Numbered from the whole stretch's first letter, positions 1 through 12,867 are shown. The stretch: 63,346 nt of DNA, filler included, from Choristocarpus tenellus KU-1152 (GCA_964200185.2; 15 parts of 15 records of this genome joined end to end with filler, not necessarily neighbours in it); one strand, 5' to 3'. The notes: a model not told the origin generated them from the sequence alone. A program made the numbers and translations.

Positions 1-705
1 CCCTGTTGACATACCCCGCCCGTGGTGCCTTTTTTTTTTTTTTTTGGGTACGGCGATTGCCCCCCCCCCCCCCTAGCTTTAAAAAACCGTGCTTTCTTCG
101 TTCCAAAGGAGAGGTTTCAACTGCCTTTCCCCGTTCACTATTTTACGGTCACCATTGTTTGACCCGAGATATTGTTACCTTGTGACTTTCGTTTTACTCA
201 TGATATTTATTTGCTCCGCAGGAGGTTAATTATGTGAGAGAAGGTGAATCTGGAGAGAAGCAGCCTGCGAATGTCCTCAAGACTTTCCGCTTTGTCAAGG
301 AAGCATATATCATCCCCCCGGGTTTTGAAAAAAATCACAAGGTGACCTCGTTTGTATTGTTGTACACCCCTTTTCCAAGCCTTGGTCTGTGCTACCGGTG
401 GAGGTCCCTATTTCTTTCAATTATACTTGTACAACTGTATATGCTCGCAGAGCTCTATTGTTGGACTAAGACCCATTTAAATTTGCTATAATTCGAGAAT
501 GCGAAGACCAAAAGTGAATGCGATGTACCGTTATTCTTATACCCACTTTCTTGTTACGCTTTTGGAAGTTAAGGGCTAAAAACTCTTTTGTCACCTTTGT
601 GATTTCTCCCAATTATCGTACAATTGAAGAGAAGATGTCAACTAAAATCGCCCCAACAATAATATCCCTGCACTGACCTGCCCTTCTACATGAACATCCC
701 CGCAC

Positions 706-2230
706 TTGAACTGTGCGACCTTTTGTTGTCCATTACAGTACGGACCAATAAGTGGAATCTCGTATGAGATGAGGGTTGTCCGAAGCTACATGGCGGGACA
801 ACTGGAAGCACGCCTTCCATCAAACAGGAGGGTTAAAATGTGCCTGGAATGTGGCTGCCAGGGGCACTTCCCTCGGTATTGCCCCAGTGCTTTCACACAA
901 TGATGGGAAGTAGGGATTACCAACTGAAGGTTTGAGTGATTGACTTGAGTGATGACTAGGGTCAGTCCTCAGTGAGTTTGTATATATGATTTGTGTTTCT
1001 CTTTGATTTTTTTTGTATTTGTATGTATAGTGGTGCCGTCCGTCCGTTACATCTGTATCGATAGTGGAAGGTAGTTTGACATCGCTTGGAAGTGTTTAAG
1101 CGCAATGTGGTGTGGCAAACGAGTTTTGGGTGGTGTTGCTGAGCAATGTGCACAACAGATTGTACAATATTCTAGGGAAAATATGGGAAGTACTTCTTGC
1201 TGGCGTTAACCCCATCGTTTATGTTTAAAATAAATGATATGATAATGGGAGTTGGGATATGTTTACACACGCAAATGCCTGCCAGGTATTGGTCTGCTTA
1301 GATTTTCCTTTGTGTGTTTGTGTGTGTGTGTGTGTTTTTTTTGGTGTAAGGGCACGTTGACATATGTAGCAGAAGGTTGTTTATAAAGAGATTTTAGTGT
1401 AACTCCTTTTGACTGTTTTTCTGGAAGTGGTTTGGAATGTACAGGGACGTGGGGTTATTGATGGGGTCTTTTGATATGGTCATGAGTTTGGACGATATTG
1501 CATGGAGTTGGCTTAAATGCTGTTGTTCAAGAGGGGGGGTGCAAGCCCTTTTTATATGGTACTGGTCCTAATGACAGTAACTGGAAGTACAGTACAGAGG
1601 TTTGGAGTACATGTGCCTAGATACGAGCCACATTGTATGGATTGATGCAAGGAAGGTACCAGACTTCGAATAATCAAGTAATTCCACACTAGTGAAATAT
1701 TACAAAGTGCTGGCAGATGCAGAGTATTATCCGCTTCTACATGCCCTCTTGCACCTCCTGAGCCCCCTTGTGGCATGCCCTTTCTGCTGAATGTAGGTTT
1801 GATGTGAAGGAGGAACTCTGCGTTTGCCTGAGCATCAGATTGTTTTGTGCTTGTTGCAACACTGCCATGTACTAACCATATGCACAAGGAAAAGGGTCAA
1901 CATGTGCATGTTGGCTGTGTGTTCAGTAGCCTCTTGTGCTTTGGCTCTTCTTGTGAAGTGTGTAGAGCATTCTTCCTCTGTCTCACTGAACGCTTTGCCT
2001 TGTGTGTGTGCGGTTGCACCTGGTTCACACACATGCTTGGTTTTTTTTTGTTGTCTTATTTCCCTCAATTTTGCCCACACAAAATAATATCTACACATTT
2101 TGCTTTGGCTGCTGTTTTGTTTGGGGTCTTTTCTGGATTGCATGGTACTTTGTCCTGACCCACTTTTCAACAGGATAAGAGGCTTTCGTCCACCTGTCAT
2201 ATGTCTCTGCGACATTCTGACTGTGTGAAT
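706..2230 (+). mobile_element. Decayed Ty3/gypsy LTR-retrotransposon gag-pol remnant
   Basis: CCHC zinc knuckle CLECGCQGHFPRYC at ~841-882; LDDI (YxDD-like) near 1486-1500; RNase H-like stretch in ORF 1824..2087; many stops and frameshifts. Confidence 0.5.
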
Positions 2231-3329
2231 GTGTGTTGTACACAAAATATCAAGTTGCATCTCACCACTCGCTCATCTTGCTCTCAAGTTCAATATTTCA
2301 AGGACCAAGCTGAAGGGGTGTACTACTTCAATAGGTTGCATCATTTTGGCAAGTGTAACACATGATGGTAAATTTTCCTAGCAATTCTCAAAATCATGTT
2401 TTAGAGGTGTTTTTAGGAAGTGTGTAGATTCATACATTCACTAAAATATTACTTTCCTAGGTAATGGAGGATTGAGGCGGTCAAGTATTATAGACATAGG
2501 CATCAATGGGTCCAAGCATGTTTAGGATATGGTTGTTGCTTATCCTGCTTTGCATAATTCAACTGAAGAGGTGAGGAATAAAGGAGTAGATTGCCTCATC
2601 TATGCCAGGGGTGGAGGGGCTGGGGAAGGGGCAGGGGCAGGACCCTGAGGTAGGGAAAGTAGGGCAGGCAGAGGATCCAGCAGTGGGTTGTCCGTAACAA
2701 ATGATGTGTTACCTCTACTAGCTGATGCTCTGTCAGCTTTGTGACCCCTAATTGTAACACCTCCCTAGTGAATCCCCCTTAAGTATCCTCCTCCTCCTGG
2801 TCTCAGCCCCAGGTGTTTGGCGTCAGATACTTCCCCAGAGTTGTTAGTGAAACTTTTTTCATCAACAGCCTCAAGTTCTGTCTAGGTTAAGACTGCTAAT
2901 GGGGAGTACCACAATCACAATGCCGATACAATTGCCTATGGACTTTTCATATTGTCTATTCTCTGCAATATAGGAGACCTTAACAACAATCTAGAAAGAG
3001 GCCTCTCTATTTTGACCCAAGCTAGAGTTTTGCTTCATGGATTGGTGGCATTAAAATGTCGAACAGGTCCAACTCTTACTCTTCCTGAGGAACCCGATCT
3101 CGACCACCCCCCACTCTAGTTCGTCCTGTGGGAATATACCACTTTTTGGAGTGTACACATCATGGTTGGTAGTTTGTGTATTTTAGCGAGTGTACAATAT
3201 GTCATGGTTGTTCTGAACGGTGTTGATCACCTTCTAACATTCTAAATATAACTATGAAAAATACGAGGTGGAACACTACAGAAGTTCAACTTCCACTACA
3301 GAAGTTCAACATAAAAACAATAGTAGCTA

Positions 3330-4700
3330 TAGGTGGTAGACCGGGGAGAGGGAACTGAGCTCTTTCGTGGGAGATGCGAGAATGGGTCTCTCCACCTAAA
3401 GCACAACACCCGTACCAGCACAGGTGCCCAGAAGTTCAGGGGGTCTAACCCTGTCCTCCACATGGCGTTGTCAACATGTAGCTTGTGTGGGATTGTTGGT
3501 GGCCGTTCTTCGCCCCCTTCTGGCCAGGAAACAAAGGCCCCACGGAGAAGCCTTCACACAGATTGTTTGTACGAGTCCTACCGCACAGGCCCTGGGATTT
3601 TCGTTCCATGACATCATCTCATCAGGAGTCCTGTTGGTTGACCAGGTGGGAGTTGTTGATGGAGGCTAGAATAACTGGGGAGGTGTAGCCTCTCCCATTC
3701 AAATCCCAGAGATACACACATTGGTAGCTCATGATCCCGAGGTGACAAGGAGGGCCCTAAAACGAGATTACATCTCTGTACACGCCTGCTGAACAGGAAC
3801 TGGTTTGACTCCTAAAGCACATATCTAACCAATCTTTATACAGATCCAGAGGAACAGGCGAGAGAACTTCCTTGCTGGGTCTAACCCGCCTCAGAATCCT
3901 GTGTGGGCAAGGGACCAATGCATGGGCCAATACACAGCCCCAGGAGCCAGCACGCTGGATTTTTCTTGGGGAGTTAGCCACCAACAGTTCAGTTTCGTCT
4001 CTGGAGCGAGAGGAAGTATTTTTTTGAAGAGGTACCTGTGGCCAGGTGCAGGAGGCGAATATTGACACTTGGCAAGCACATACCTGCACTAGGGCGGAAG
4101 GATGAGTATGCCAGCACACATTCATTTGGCAAAATGATTAGGCCAAATCTGCAGTGGAATGGGTATCCCTTGCACACTGGAGAATGACATCTTTTTCATA
4201 GTGGACAGGAACTTCGGCATGGATTGATGGGGTATTCCATGCTGGGGCGATGTCAGACGCTGGCTCAGCACCCTTGGATGTAGACAAAGGCCTACTATTC
4301 TGCATGTCTCCATTGTAGAGACCTGACCAACTCATCCACCAGAACTGCCATACCTCCTGCAGCATCCAAAGTGCTGAAGTGCACCAACTATGACGGGTAT
4401 TTTGGTCCTTGTAGTTTACAAAAACTACTCTATTGCTGTGGAAAGTTTTGGGTACCTTGGTAAGCAAGCAGAGAGTTTTTTCAATGAGGTATCATACACA
4501 TACACGCAGTAGAGGGGATAGGGACTGGGAACTACAGGAGGAAATTGGCAGTCAAGACTCGTTTGAGATAGTGTTAGTAAGTGCACAGGTAGCTGACTCT
4601 CTTGAGGTGTGTTGTGTTTTGAGCTGGAGACACTGACCTGGTGAGGAAAAAGGGGCTTCACAACTTTTGGTAATCTTCCTAGAACCTTAACCTCCTTCGA
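3330..4700 (-). mobile_element. Decayed non-LTR (CRE-like) retrotransposon RT region
   Basis: Fragmented minus-strand frames (e.g. ORF 3757..4125) resemble the RT block of restriction-like-endonuclease LINEs; heavily degraded. Confidence 0.4.
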
Positions 4701-5036
4701 AGGGCTAGGCTAGGAGAATAGCAGTGCGGACATCTCTTTGTAGAGAAGAATGCTCAAGTTAAATTGTTGTTGTATACTACATAGTAGAGTAGATATTAAT
4801 CGGAGGAGGGTTTACCGGTTCAACCATGTAAACATATTCAGCAATGGGGAATCGTGTGAGGCTCCACACCTTCTTGTCTTCACTACTGAAAAAATAGCAA
4901 TACCTTCCAAGGTAAATTGCACACTTCTTGTTCATCTTTATCTACAGCAAGTATAGCAGTAGTAGTAGGATTGCTGTTACTGACGTTTTTACTCAATACA
5001 CCGTATTTACAGTTAGTTGGGGTAAAAGAGTTGTCA

Positions 5037-5043
5037 CTACTAT

Positions 5044-5076
<33 letters not shown>
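5037..5076 (+). repeat. (CTA)n microsatellite
   Basis: Direct ctactacta run. Confidence 0.9.
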
Positions 5077-5739
5077 ACAATAGTAATGAAGATCATTGAC
5101 TGCGAACAATTTCGAGAAGCACTGTTTGACAACCACAACAACTGTAGGAGAGAGGGGAGAGGAGAAAAGAGGAAGTGTGTAATCACAACGTGCTAGCAGT
5201 TAGTTGTCAGTATATTTAGTAGGGGCAGTGGTATTAGTTGTAGTACTGGTTGTATGGAGTAGTAATTGTATTGGGACACGAAATAACACACATTCGCACT
5301 AAGTACGAGGTTACTGCAAAACAAATAAGAGACGACATCATAGCCACAGAGTGAGGCAGGTACCTGTACATTCCTTAAAATGCGAAGAGAGTGAACATAC
5401 GCTCACGACATCGCACTAGACTGGTCCTCGTGTCAACAAGTTCCTAACCAGGTACAAACTACACTACTTGTTGAGAGAAGTCCGATTTGTTCCATTTCAC
5501 AGTAGTAACTGAGTGACTAAACGAAAAAAAAAGAGGAAATGTCACTCTTAGTTTCAATGACCGACTCTGAATCGAAAGATTCTGTGTTATTGATGGTCAC
5601 GCACTACATATGTCGACATTCAAGTGGGAGGAAAGAAGCTGGTACATGAATGTAAGACTGAAATTGGAATTGCTGTTACGAGGGATGAAGTGTAGTAGTC
5701 ATCTCTCACCTGACCACCCTTTCACAAATAATATGGAAT

Positions 5740-5958
5740 GAGTGAGAGTGTCTTAGAGGTACGAATTTTGCTCTTTTTGTCCATTTGGGGCTTGGCTTCC
5801 CATGGCGTAGGTTAAGTGTATACGTTATGAAAAGGTGTGTCCGAAAGATAGAGATTGACACTTCCTAACAACACGATAGCCAAAATTACATCAAAATCGC
5901 AACATTGGATTTTGACCCCCTAATGGACGCGGCTCTACCCTCTAGGATACTTTAGCTC
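5740..5958 (-). mobile_element. MITE family A copy (internally deleted), TSD AAT
   Basis: Ends GAGTGAGAGTGTCTTAGAGG ... CCCTCTAGGATACTTTAGCTC; aat on both flanks. Confidence 0.85.
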
Positions 5959-6170
5959 AATAAATCATAAACTGTTCTTCCATGTTTTTTTTTCATCACA
6001 CATATTGTTCCTTTTTCCTTCACTTTTTGAGTCGTGTGAAGGACTTGAGGGTTAGGGATTAAGCGATCACGAGGTCGTCCAAATGAAAGACCCCTTGTGT
6101 AAAGGAGAATGAGCAGTATGTGTAAAACGAGCGGAGATTTGGTAAGTGATGTGTTGATGAAGAGAGATGC

Positions 6171-6398
6171 CTAGATAGCATCCCTCAGCACAAGGACGAA
6201 TCGGAATGTTTGTATGTCCCTTGCCGAACACCGCAGCTGGCCAGTATTTGGAGGGGGATTGCCCTCTTGTACCCCACATTCCAGCAGATCCACAGTGCAG
6301 TCATCACTATCATTTATGTAGGCCGTATGCGGAAGCGAGCATTCGTTCTCATCAACTGTATTAGGGTTGACGTGGCCTTGGTCCAGGAAAACACACAA
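6171..6398 (-). pseudogene. Ankyrin-repeat-like coding remnant
   Basis: FLDQGHVNPNTVDENECSLPHTAYINDSDDCTVDLLECG resembles one ankyrin repeat; no intact gene context. Confidence 0.3.
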
Positions 6399-6852
6399 GA
6401 TTTAGCACAGTTAGTTCATGTTGGAGAGAAAGTACGAGGGTTCCGAGACTAGGTTTATGCGAGTCCCCTGCGATGCCATTCGAATGTGGACCATACTCTA
6501 TAGGAACAGTTCTTTGAGCTTCTTATGGCCAGCGATCCAGCAGCTTCAGATGAGGAACTCGATCAAGAGAAAACAGGGCACAGGCAGAGCTTGTGGATTA
6601 AGAGTGGGAGGGCATTCACTGACCCATCATGTGTCACTCATCAGGACAGGACTTCAATAACTCCAAGTATCACGGTGTGGATGCTCCAGGCAACCTCCAG
6701 CGATCTCTTGATACCCTCGACTATATCGGATCTGCAATAAGCTCGAGGAGTGTTTTCGCTGAGGGAGATGGCTCCCTCAACTCGAACTTGACGCACAAAA
6801 GCTTCAGTGATGGTGGAAGGAGACCCTGAAGGAGTATTGGGTGAGACAGGTG

Positions 6853-7032
6853 GACCCAAAGTATCTGGGGGAAGGGGGGGGGTCTACACCTGGGTGTCCA
6901 TTTCGGACAAAATCAGGAAAAGGGCATTTATATCATCCATCGAACTTATGCAACCAAATCACCCAAAAAACGCGACATGAAAAAATTGACCCCAAATGGA
7001 CAGCCGCCACCCCCCTCCAGATACTTTGCACC
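6853..7032 (+). mobile_element. MITE family B copy (180 bp), TSD GTG
   Basis: TIR GACCCAAAGTATCTGGGGG ... CCCCCTCCAGATACTTTGCACC; gtg on both flanks. Confidence 0.9.
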
Positions 7033-8196
7033 GTGCATGTTATCTTTCCTTATAAGTAATATTGTTCCCATCACCAGCAAACGGTTTTGGTCCTTTCACA
7101 CTGATATTTCAACGTGGCACCATTTTTGTCACTGTGTATACACCAGTACAGGTTGGGGCTCATCATATATGTAATGATGTGTCCCTTCTATAACTGTTTA
7201 TGATTCTTGCGTGCCGTTGCATTCTGTTGTATTTACGGTTAGTGGTGTGTTATCATGCTGTCTTTGTTGTATCAACTAGAGGAAACAACAAAACCTAATC
7301 CTCCATCAACCATCCCATTGAACCCCCCCCCTTGCCATGGCATGTGGATACGTCAAACAGTGATGTAAGCGGTGAACATGCTGAGCACTTCCTCCATTTC
7401 TGCCAGGGTAACCTTCCATCACAGCTCTTTTAACCTGTTCTGATTTCAGGGGGAACAGTGGGTCGCGAGAGACCTTTGCTGCAATGGAGCTGGGAAGCGA
7501 GACAGGAAGATTAAGCACCACGAACGGCCTATCTTGGGACATAAGTGACACAGATTAAGGTAGTCCCTCATAGGAGGATACAGGAAGAGGAAAAAATGGC
7601 AAAGCCAGGCAACAATGGGGAAGAGAAGAAAGGGGGGGGGGAGGAGACGCCAACAACAAAGATATACCCCTAAAGACACAGACCCATCTCCAACGGGGGT
7701 GGACTGGTAAAACGAGACCTCTGGATATCAATGTTGCCCCAACTCACTCATCTGTCAGCAGGGACACCTAACACAGGAGGGGAATGTGTTGGTCTAGACA
7801 GACTTGAAGATTGATTTTGGACTTGGGAAGAGTGAATGGGAGGGAAGAAGTATCTGAGAATTTTTTCCAGGATTTGTGGGAGTTAGCAAGAAAAAGGGAA
7901 GGGCTATTGGATGATTGTGGGCGGACTTGCAACGATTGGTACCAGAGTTGGGACAGAGGTGGAGCTCTGGGTACCTGGACTGGTGTAGGATTGAGGAGCA
8001 CTTTGGGAAGAAGATTGGTTTTCCACGCAAGGGAAACTAGAGCAAGTGGTACAAAAAGGGGTATCAGTAAATGTTAGAGGGGAAGGCAGGATCGAAGGTA
8101 GGCTATTCTATATGGGAACTATAGGAGTACAGATAATCAGGAGGGGACATTGTTTCGGAAGGTGGTAGGGGATATGGCTCAGGGCAGGGCATTTAT

Positions 8197-8456
8197 GAGT
8201 CAAAGTATCTTAGAGGGTAGAGCCGCGTCCATTTGGGGGCCAAAATCCAATGTTGAGATTTGGATGTAGTTTTGGCTATCGTGTTTGTTAGGAAGTGTCA
8301 ATATCCATGCTCCGGACATATCTTTTCATAACGTATACATTTTAACCTACTCCTAATCATTTTGGAGTAGGAAAATGTCTTAAAAAACCCCATGGGAAGC
8401 CAAGCCCCAAATGGACAAATAGGGTAAAACTCGTACCCTCTAAGATACTTTCACTC
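8197..8456 (+). mobile_element. MITE family A full-length copy (260 bp)
   Basis: 23-bp TIR GAGTCAAAGTATCTTAGAGGGTA / TACCCTCTAAGATACTTTCACTC; flanks tat/aat. Confidence 0.92.
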
Positions 8457-8555
8457 AATGTTCCCCAAGAGGGCAACGATGAAGATTCCAGGATTGCGTT
8501 TGTCCCCAGTAGGAGTTGTCCAAGAACCGTCCGAGGTTAGGATCCTCCATGATTT

Positions 8556-8825
8556 GACCCAAAGCATTTAAGGGGGTAGGAGTATTCCCCTGTTTGTCCA
8601 TTCGGGGCTTGGCTTCCCACAGGTTTTTTATGTCCTTTTTCGGTTTTCTTTGTGAATGTTTCGCGGATTTCGGAGTAGGTAAAATGTACAGGACTGTGAA
8701 AGGTGTGTCTGGAGCAAGGGTATTGACACTTGCTAATAAACGTGATAGCCAAAATTAATCAAAATCGCAACATTGAATTAATAACTCGAACGGACGCCGC
8801 CCTACCCTCTTAAATGCTTTGACTC
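8556..8825 (-). mobile_element. MITE family C (variant of A) copy, TSD ATTT
   Basis: TIR GACCCAAAGCATTTAAGGGGGTAG / CTACCCTCTTAAATGCTTTGACTC; internal similarity to family A. Confidence 0.88.
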
Positions 8826-9126
8826 ATTTTTTGTGTCAGCAGGATAGTTGGGGACCGAGTGTGAATGCAGACACAGAGTTTGAGGCTGCCCTCCCCTGTC
8901 CACTGTGGTCCGGTTTTAGCAGACGTGATACATAGGATGGTGAGTTTACGGAAAAAGTTCGCAAAGGCAAAGATTATGATTAGCAAGATGGATGTAATGG
9001 ATGCCTTTCATCAAGTTCCAGTTGATCCAAAGGGGGCGGCTAGGTTTGGACATACTGTTGACAAGTTCGTGATAGATTTCAGGGTTCAGTTTAGATCGAG
9101 GAGTAGTCCAGGATAATGGGACCTAA

Positions 9127-9186
9127 GGCTCAGAGTATCTGGGGGGGGGGTGGAGGGTGTCCATTTGGGGCCAATTTTTTCATCTT
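9127..9186 (-). mobile_element. MITE family B fragment at contig end
   Basis: GGCTCAGAGTATCTGGGGG..GTCCATTTGGGGCC truncated by spacer. Confidence 0.8.
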
Positions 9187-9286
9187 NNNNNNNNNNNNNN
9201 NNNNNNNNNNNNNNNNNNNNNNNNNNNNNNTTAATTAATTAANNNNNNNNNNNNNNNNNNNNNNNNNNNNNNNNNNNNNNNNNNNN
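9187..9286. other. Artificial contig spacer; same 100-bp spacer at 12242, 21226, 26119, 28873, 32521, 35192, 38725, 42189, 45956, 51640, 54707, 57552, 60364
   Basis: 44 N + TTAATTAATTAA (stops in all six frames) + 44 N. Confidence 0.98.
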
Positions 9287-9313
9287 CCCACTCCCTCCCC
9301 CTGCTTGTCCTAC

Positions 9314-11520
9314 CCTGCCTCCCCCCCCCCTGATTTCGCCCTTGCGGTGGCCATCTCCTGCAACGCCTTCCGCTTAAGACCCCCCGCCCCCACGAGAACA
9401 GACTTGAGTGCACGGAGACCAAAGTCGTAATGTGACTGGGATGACAGCTGTTCCTGACACAGCTGGAACAGGAGCACAATACGACCGGCCAACTCCTCTG
9501 CTGTGGAGATGCCTTGACTGAACAGCATCACCTGTATACAAAGGTATACAAAGGTTTCATAAACAGTACAACGTCAACACCAACACCAACACCGACAAGA
9601 AAAAAAATAAAAATAAAAATAAATTTGAACATAGGAAGAGGGGGGGCGAAAAGCACAATACGTCCCAAACTCAAAAACCAAATCATTAAAAAAAAAAATT
9701 GAGAAAACATTTTTTCCTTAATTACGAAAAAGTACATTTCGTGTACTTTTTCGTTAATAAGAGTTTTTCTTAAATAAGAACACACAACTGGAAAAAGAAC
9801 GTCCCAGGACCAAGTACAAAAAAGGAAATAGAAAAAAGAGCCACAAAAAAAAAATGTATTATGAGGGTACTCAGAACAATATTCCACCATGGTCTCAAGC
9901 ACTCTGTAGAGATATTCGCCATGCCATACATATCACCTTGCACCTCCCCCAGAATTTCCATGTGAAATCTGGGTTTCTCCAAAGTACATGGCTTGGCACA
10001 AATCAAACCATATTATATTTAAACCCTAACCCTTACTCCAAGATCTGTTGCCTGTTGCTTGTGTGTTTTATAACCACTTCGCCCACTGTTTCAAAAAATA
10101 ATTCTCAACTCACATCTCAGCATCATCCACCTTCCACATATATATAGTCCACTCATGGTGTCCTTACCTTTCAAACCTCGTGAAAAATAAAAAATAAAAA
10201 ATAAAAAGCCTCCCAAACAGACAATCAAACCCCAAAATATTTCCAAGCAGAAAAAATAACACTAAATCAAGAGTGCAGGAAAGACAAAACAAAATGTAAC
10301 CGCTCCGTCTATAACCAATCAGACGCGCTGAAGTCTCAACGCAAAAAAAAATATTTCAAAACTTGTTGTGAGGCATTTATTACCCTAACCCTATTGAATA
10401 CGCCCAACACAAAGTTGTACACCAGGACTACTTCACATTTCCCCTTTGCCCCTGCTTTCCCCTCCCCCCCCCCCTCCTTGACCTGAGCAATGAGTTTCCT
10501 GTCTGGCATCACCATGGCCACCGCTCGGAACAGTTGCTTCAGGTTGTCAGGCAGGTTGGATCTTTTTAGGAAACACCAAACAATAAAAAACAATAAAATG
10601 CGTAACCACCCATAAATTCAGGGGAAACAAGGGTTAGGTCTCACTCAACAGTGTACACAAACGTGTACGCAAAAATAAAAATTACGCACACGCATACAAA
10701 ATTATTCACGCAAAAAAATAAATAAAAGGTGAACAAGTAATATTTATATTCCGTACTAGTTGTACAAGACATCAGAAAAAAAAGAAGCATGCAAACACAG
10801 CACCTCGAGGACACAAAAAAAAAGAATGAACAATGCTCTCGTTGCCGTAAGTCAAAATTTTCACTAAAAAAAGAAGAAGATCGTAACGGGAGCCCGGAAC
10901 GGCCATCAATGGACGAACCAAGAGAGCGAAATCAATTCCACGGGATGAAACGCTAGTCAATTATATATATTTTTAATTATTTTTTTTTTTAAGTGTACTA
11001 ACACGTAGTAGGACAAGAGTCAACCAAACCGCTGCGTGGCGCTAAGTACTGCACAAATAACCACTTCATTCAACTTTTTTTTTCCATTGATAGAACAAAA
11101 TAAAAAAGTATAGCGTACATACCAAAATATATAAAAAAAAATTGTGGATGTGAGATAAATAAAAAATATATATACATATCTATATGTATATATATATATC
11201 TATATACGAAAAAAAACTAACGATCCGTTCTAGTATGACCAGAGTATAGTTATCCTATCGAGTGAATCAATTAAGAAAAAAGTTATCCTATCGAGTGAAT
11301 CAATTAAGAAAAAAGTTATCCTACCGAGTGAATCAATTAAGAAAAAAGTTATCCTATCGAGTGAATCAATTAAGAAAAAAGTGAGTCATAACAACTAAAG
11401 CAGTAGATCGTATAGCTAGGGCTAGGGCTAGGTATGTTACCTGCCAGCGTAGTCCGGATTCATGGTCACAAAGATGCCCACATCCGGGTGAAGCCTGACG
11501 CTGCGACCTAGGAATGTCAC
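9314..11520 (-). CDS. DYNC1H1: Cytoplasmic dynein 1 heavy chain, AAA1 region (3 internal exons, partial)
   Basis: Exons 11441-11520, 10483-10561, ~9314-9531 with GT/AG ends and consistent phase give [66 protein letters not shown]. Confidence 0.93.
11248..11379 (+). repeat. 33-bp intronic tandem repeat x4
   Basis: AGTTATCCTATCGAGTGAATCAATTAAGAAAAA four times, one substitution. Confidence 0.95.
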
Positions 11521-11619
11521 CTTGGAGAAAATTAATTGCAGGGGCGGTTCAAAGTCCAATGAGTCGGATCATGAGCTATTAGTGCTAGTTGTTAAGAATA
11601 TGCTTGAAGCATCAATCCT

Positions 11620-11811
11620 GGGTCAAATTATCTGGGAGGGGGGGGGTGGCTGGCTGTACATTTGGGACCAATTTTTTCATGTTGCAAATTTTAGGTGATT
11701 TGGTTCCATACGTTGGATGGATAATGAAAGTGTACTTTTCCTGGTTTTGGTCCAAATGGACACTCTGGTGTAGAACTCCACCCCCCCCCCTCCCCCAAGA
11801 TACTTCAGGTC
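11620..11811 (-). mobile_element. MITE family B copy, TSD TCCT
   Basis: GGGTCAAATTATCTGGG ... CCCCAAGATACTTCAGGTC; tcct on both flanks. Confidence 0.88.
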
Positions 11812-12595
11812 TCCTTGCACCAAACAAAACATCAACCACACCTTCACTTCATTTTTTGCAGGGTCAAATCAATCAATCAATCAACAAGTAAAAAAAAAAG
11901 ACCCAATAAATTAGTGTCAAGATCAAGAAGATGCGATCATGTTCTGCACCACGAATGCATCCGATTGGCTCCTCGCAGCACGCAGGGAGTTCTATTGGAC
12001 CATAGTTTGCTCTTCATACCATTCCACGCGTGCACATCATCTCCACTTCAGTTTCAATAAAAGCTCCCCACCCCACCCTCCACCCCACCCCCCTCCCTCC
12101 CTAAGCCCCAGCACACCATACCCCATGAACAACAGGGCACTTACTCTTCCCATATAATGAGCACTCAATCAAGAGAGTGTGACGGAGTTACCACATGAAT
12201 CATATCGCACTAAACATGTCGGAAACCAGACACACATTGGANNNNNNNNNNNNNNNNNNNNNNNNNNNNNNNNNNNNNNNNNNNNTTAATTAATTAANNN
12301 NNNNNNNNNNNNNNNNNNNNNNNNNNNNNNNNNNNNNNNNNAAAAAAAAAAAAAACCAACCCCCCCCCCCCCCCCCCCAGGATACTTTGACCCTTGGGTG
12401 TGGTATGTGTGATTTTTTCTGATTTCGTGGCATTTTCGACGCAACTAAATCTCACCTCAGGAAACGTGCCTCCTCGAGGCCTGACACGAAGGCTTGTTAG
12501 ATGGCTTCTATGATAATTTTTTTCTTTATTATGCAAGTAGTCATTCATAACGTTCATGTGTATATGAACTGACCTGGAGCAAGACTTTCCCCAAA

Positions 12596-12867
12596 GACCA
12601 AAGCATTTATGATGAGGGTAGGAGTTTGTCCTGCTTGTCCATTCGGGACTTGGCTTCCCACGGGGTTTTTTTTGCCCTTTTTCAGTTTTTTGTGCGAACA
12701 TAGAAACATTTCGGAGTCGGTGAAATGTATACGACTATGAAAGGTGTGTCTGGAACAAAGATATTGAGACTTGCTGACATACACGATAACCAAAATTCAT
12801 CAAAATCGCAACGTTGGGTGTATGACCCTGAACGAATGGGGCCCTACCATCTTAAATGCCTTGGGTC
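12596..12867 (-). mobile_element. MITE family C copy, TSD AAA
   Basis: GACCAAAGCATTTA..GAGGGTAGG ... CTTAAATGCCTTGGGTC; homologous to 8556-8825. Confidence 0.85.

Larger units (their letters stand above)
7800..9120 (+). mobile_element. DIRS/Ngaro-like (tyrosine-recombinase retrotransposon) RT remnant interrupted by two MITEs
   Basis: GRAFMFP..GLRLSPVGVV..VRILHD, then ISKMDVMDAFHQVPVDP..DFRVQFRSRSSPG*W, a DIRS/Ngaro RT motif series. Confidence 0.7.

Noticed and set aside
5740-5958. Recurrent short ORFs over MITEs (e.g. GSQAPNGQTG, KIATLDFDPQMDAALPSKIL)
   Set aside because: Translations of non-coding repeat copies with inconsistent frames and stops
9187-9286. Recurrent TTAATTAATTAA palindrome in N runs as a biological repeat
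   Set aside because: Fixed 44N+12+44N structure is an artificial six-frame-stop linker; adjacency across it carries no synteny information
11248-11379. 33-bp repeats as a CRISPR array
   Set aside because: No spacers, head-to-tail tandem, inside a eukaryotic intron, no cas genes
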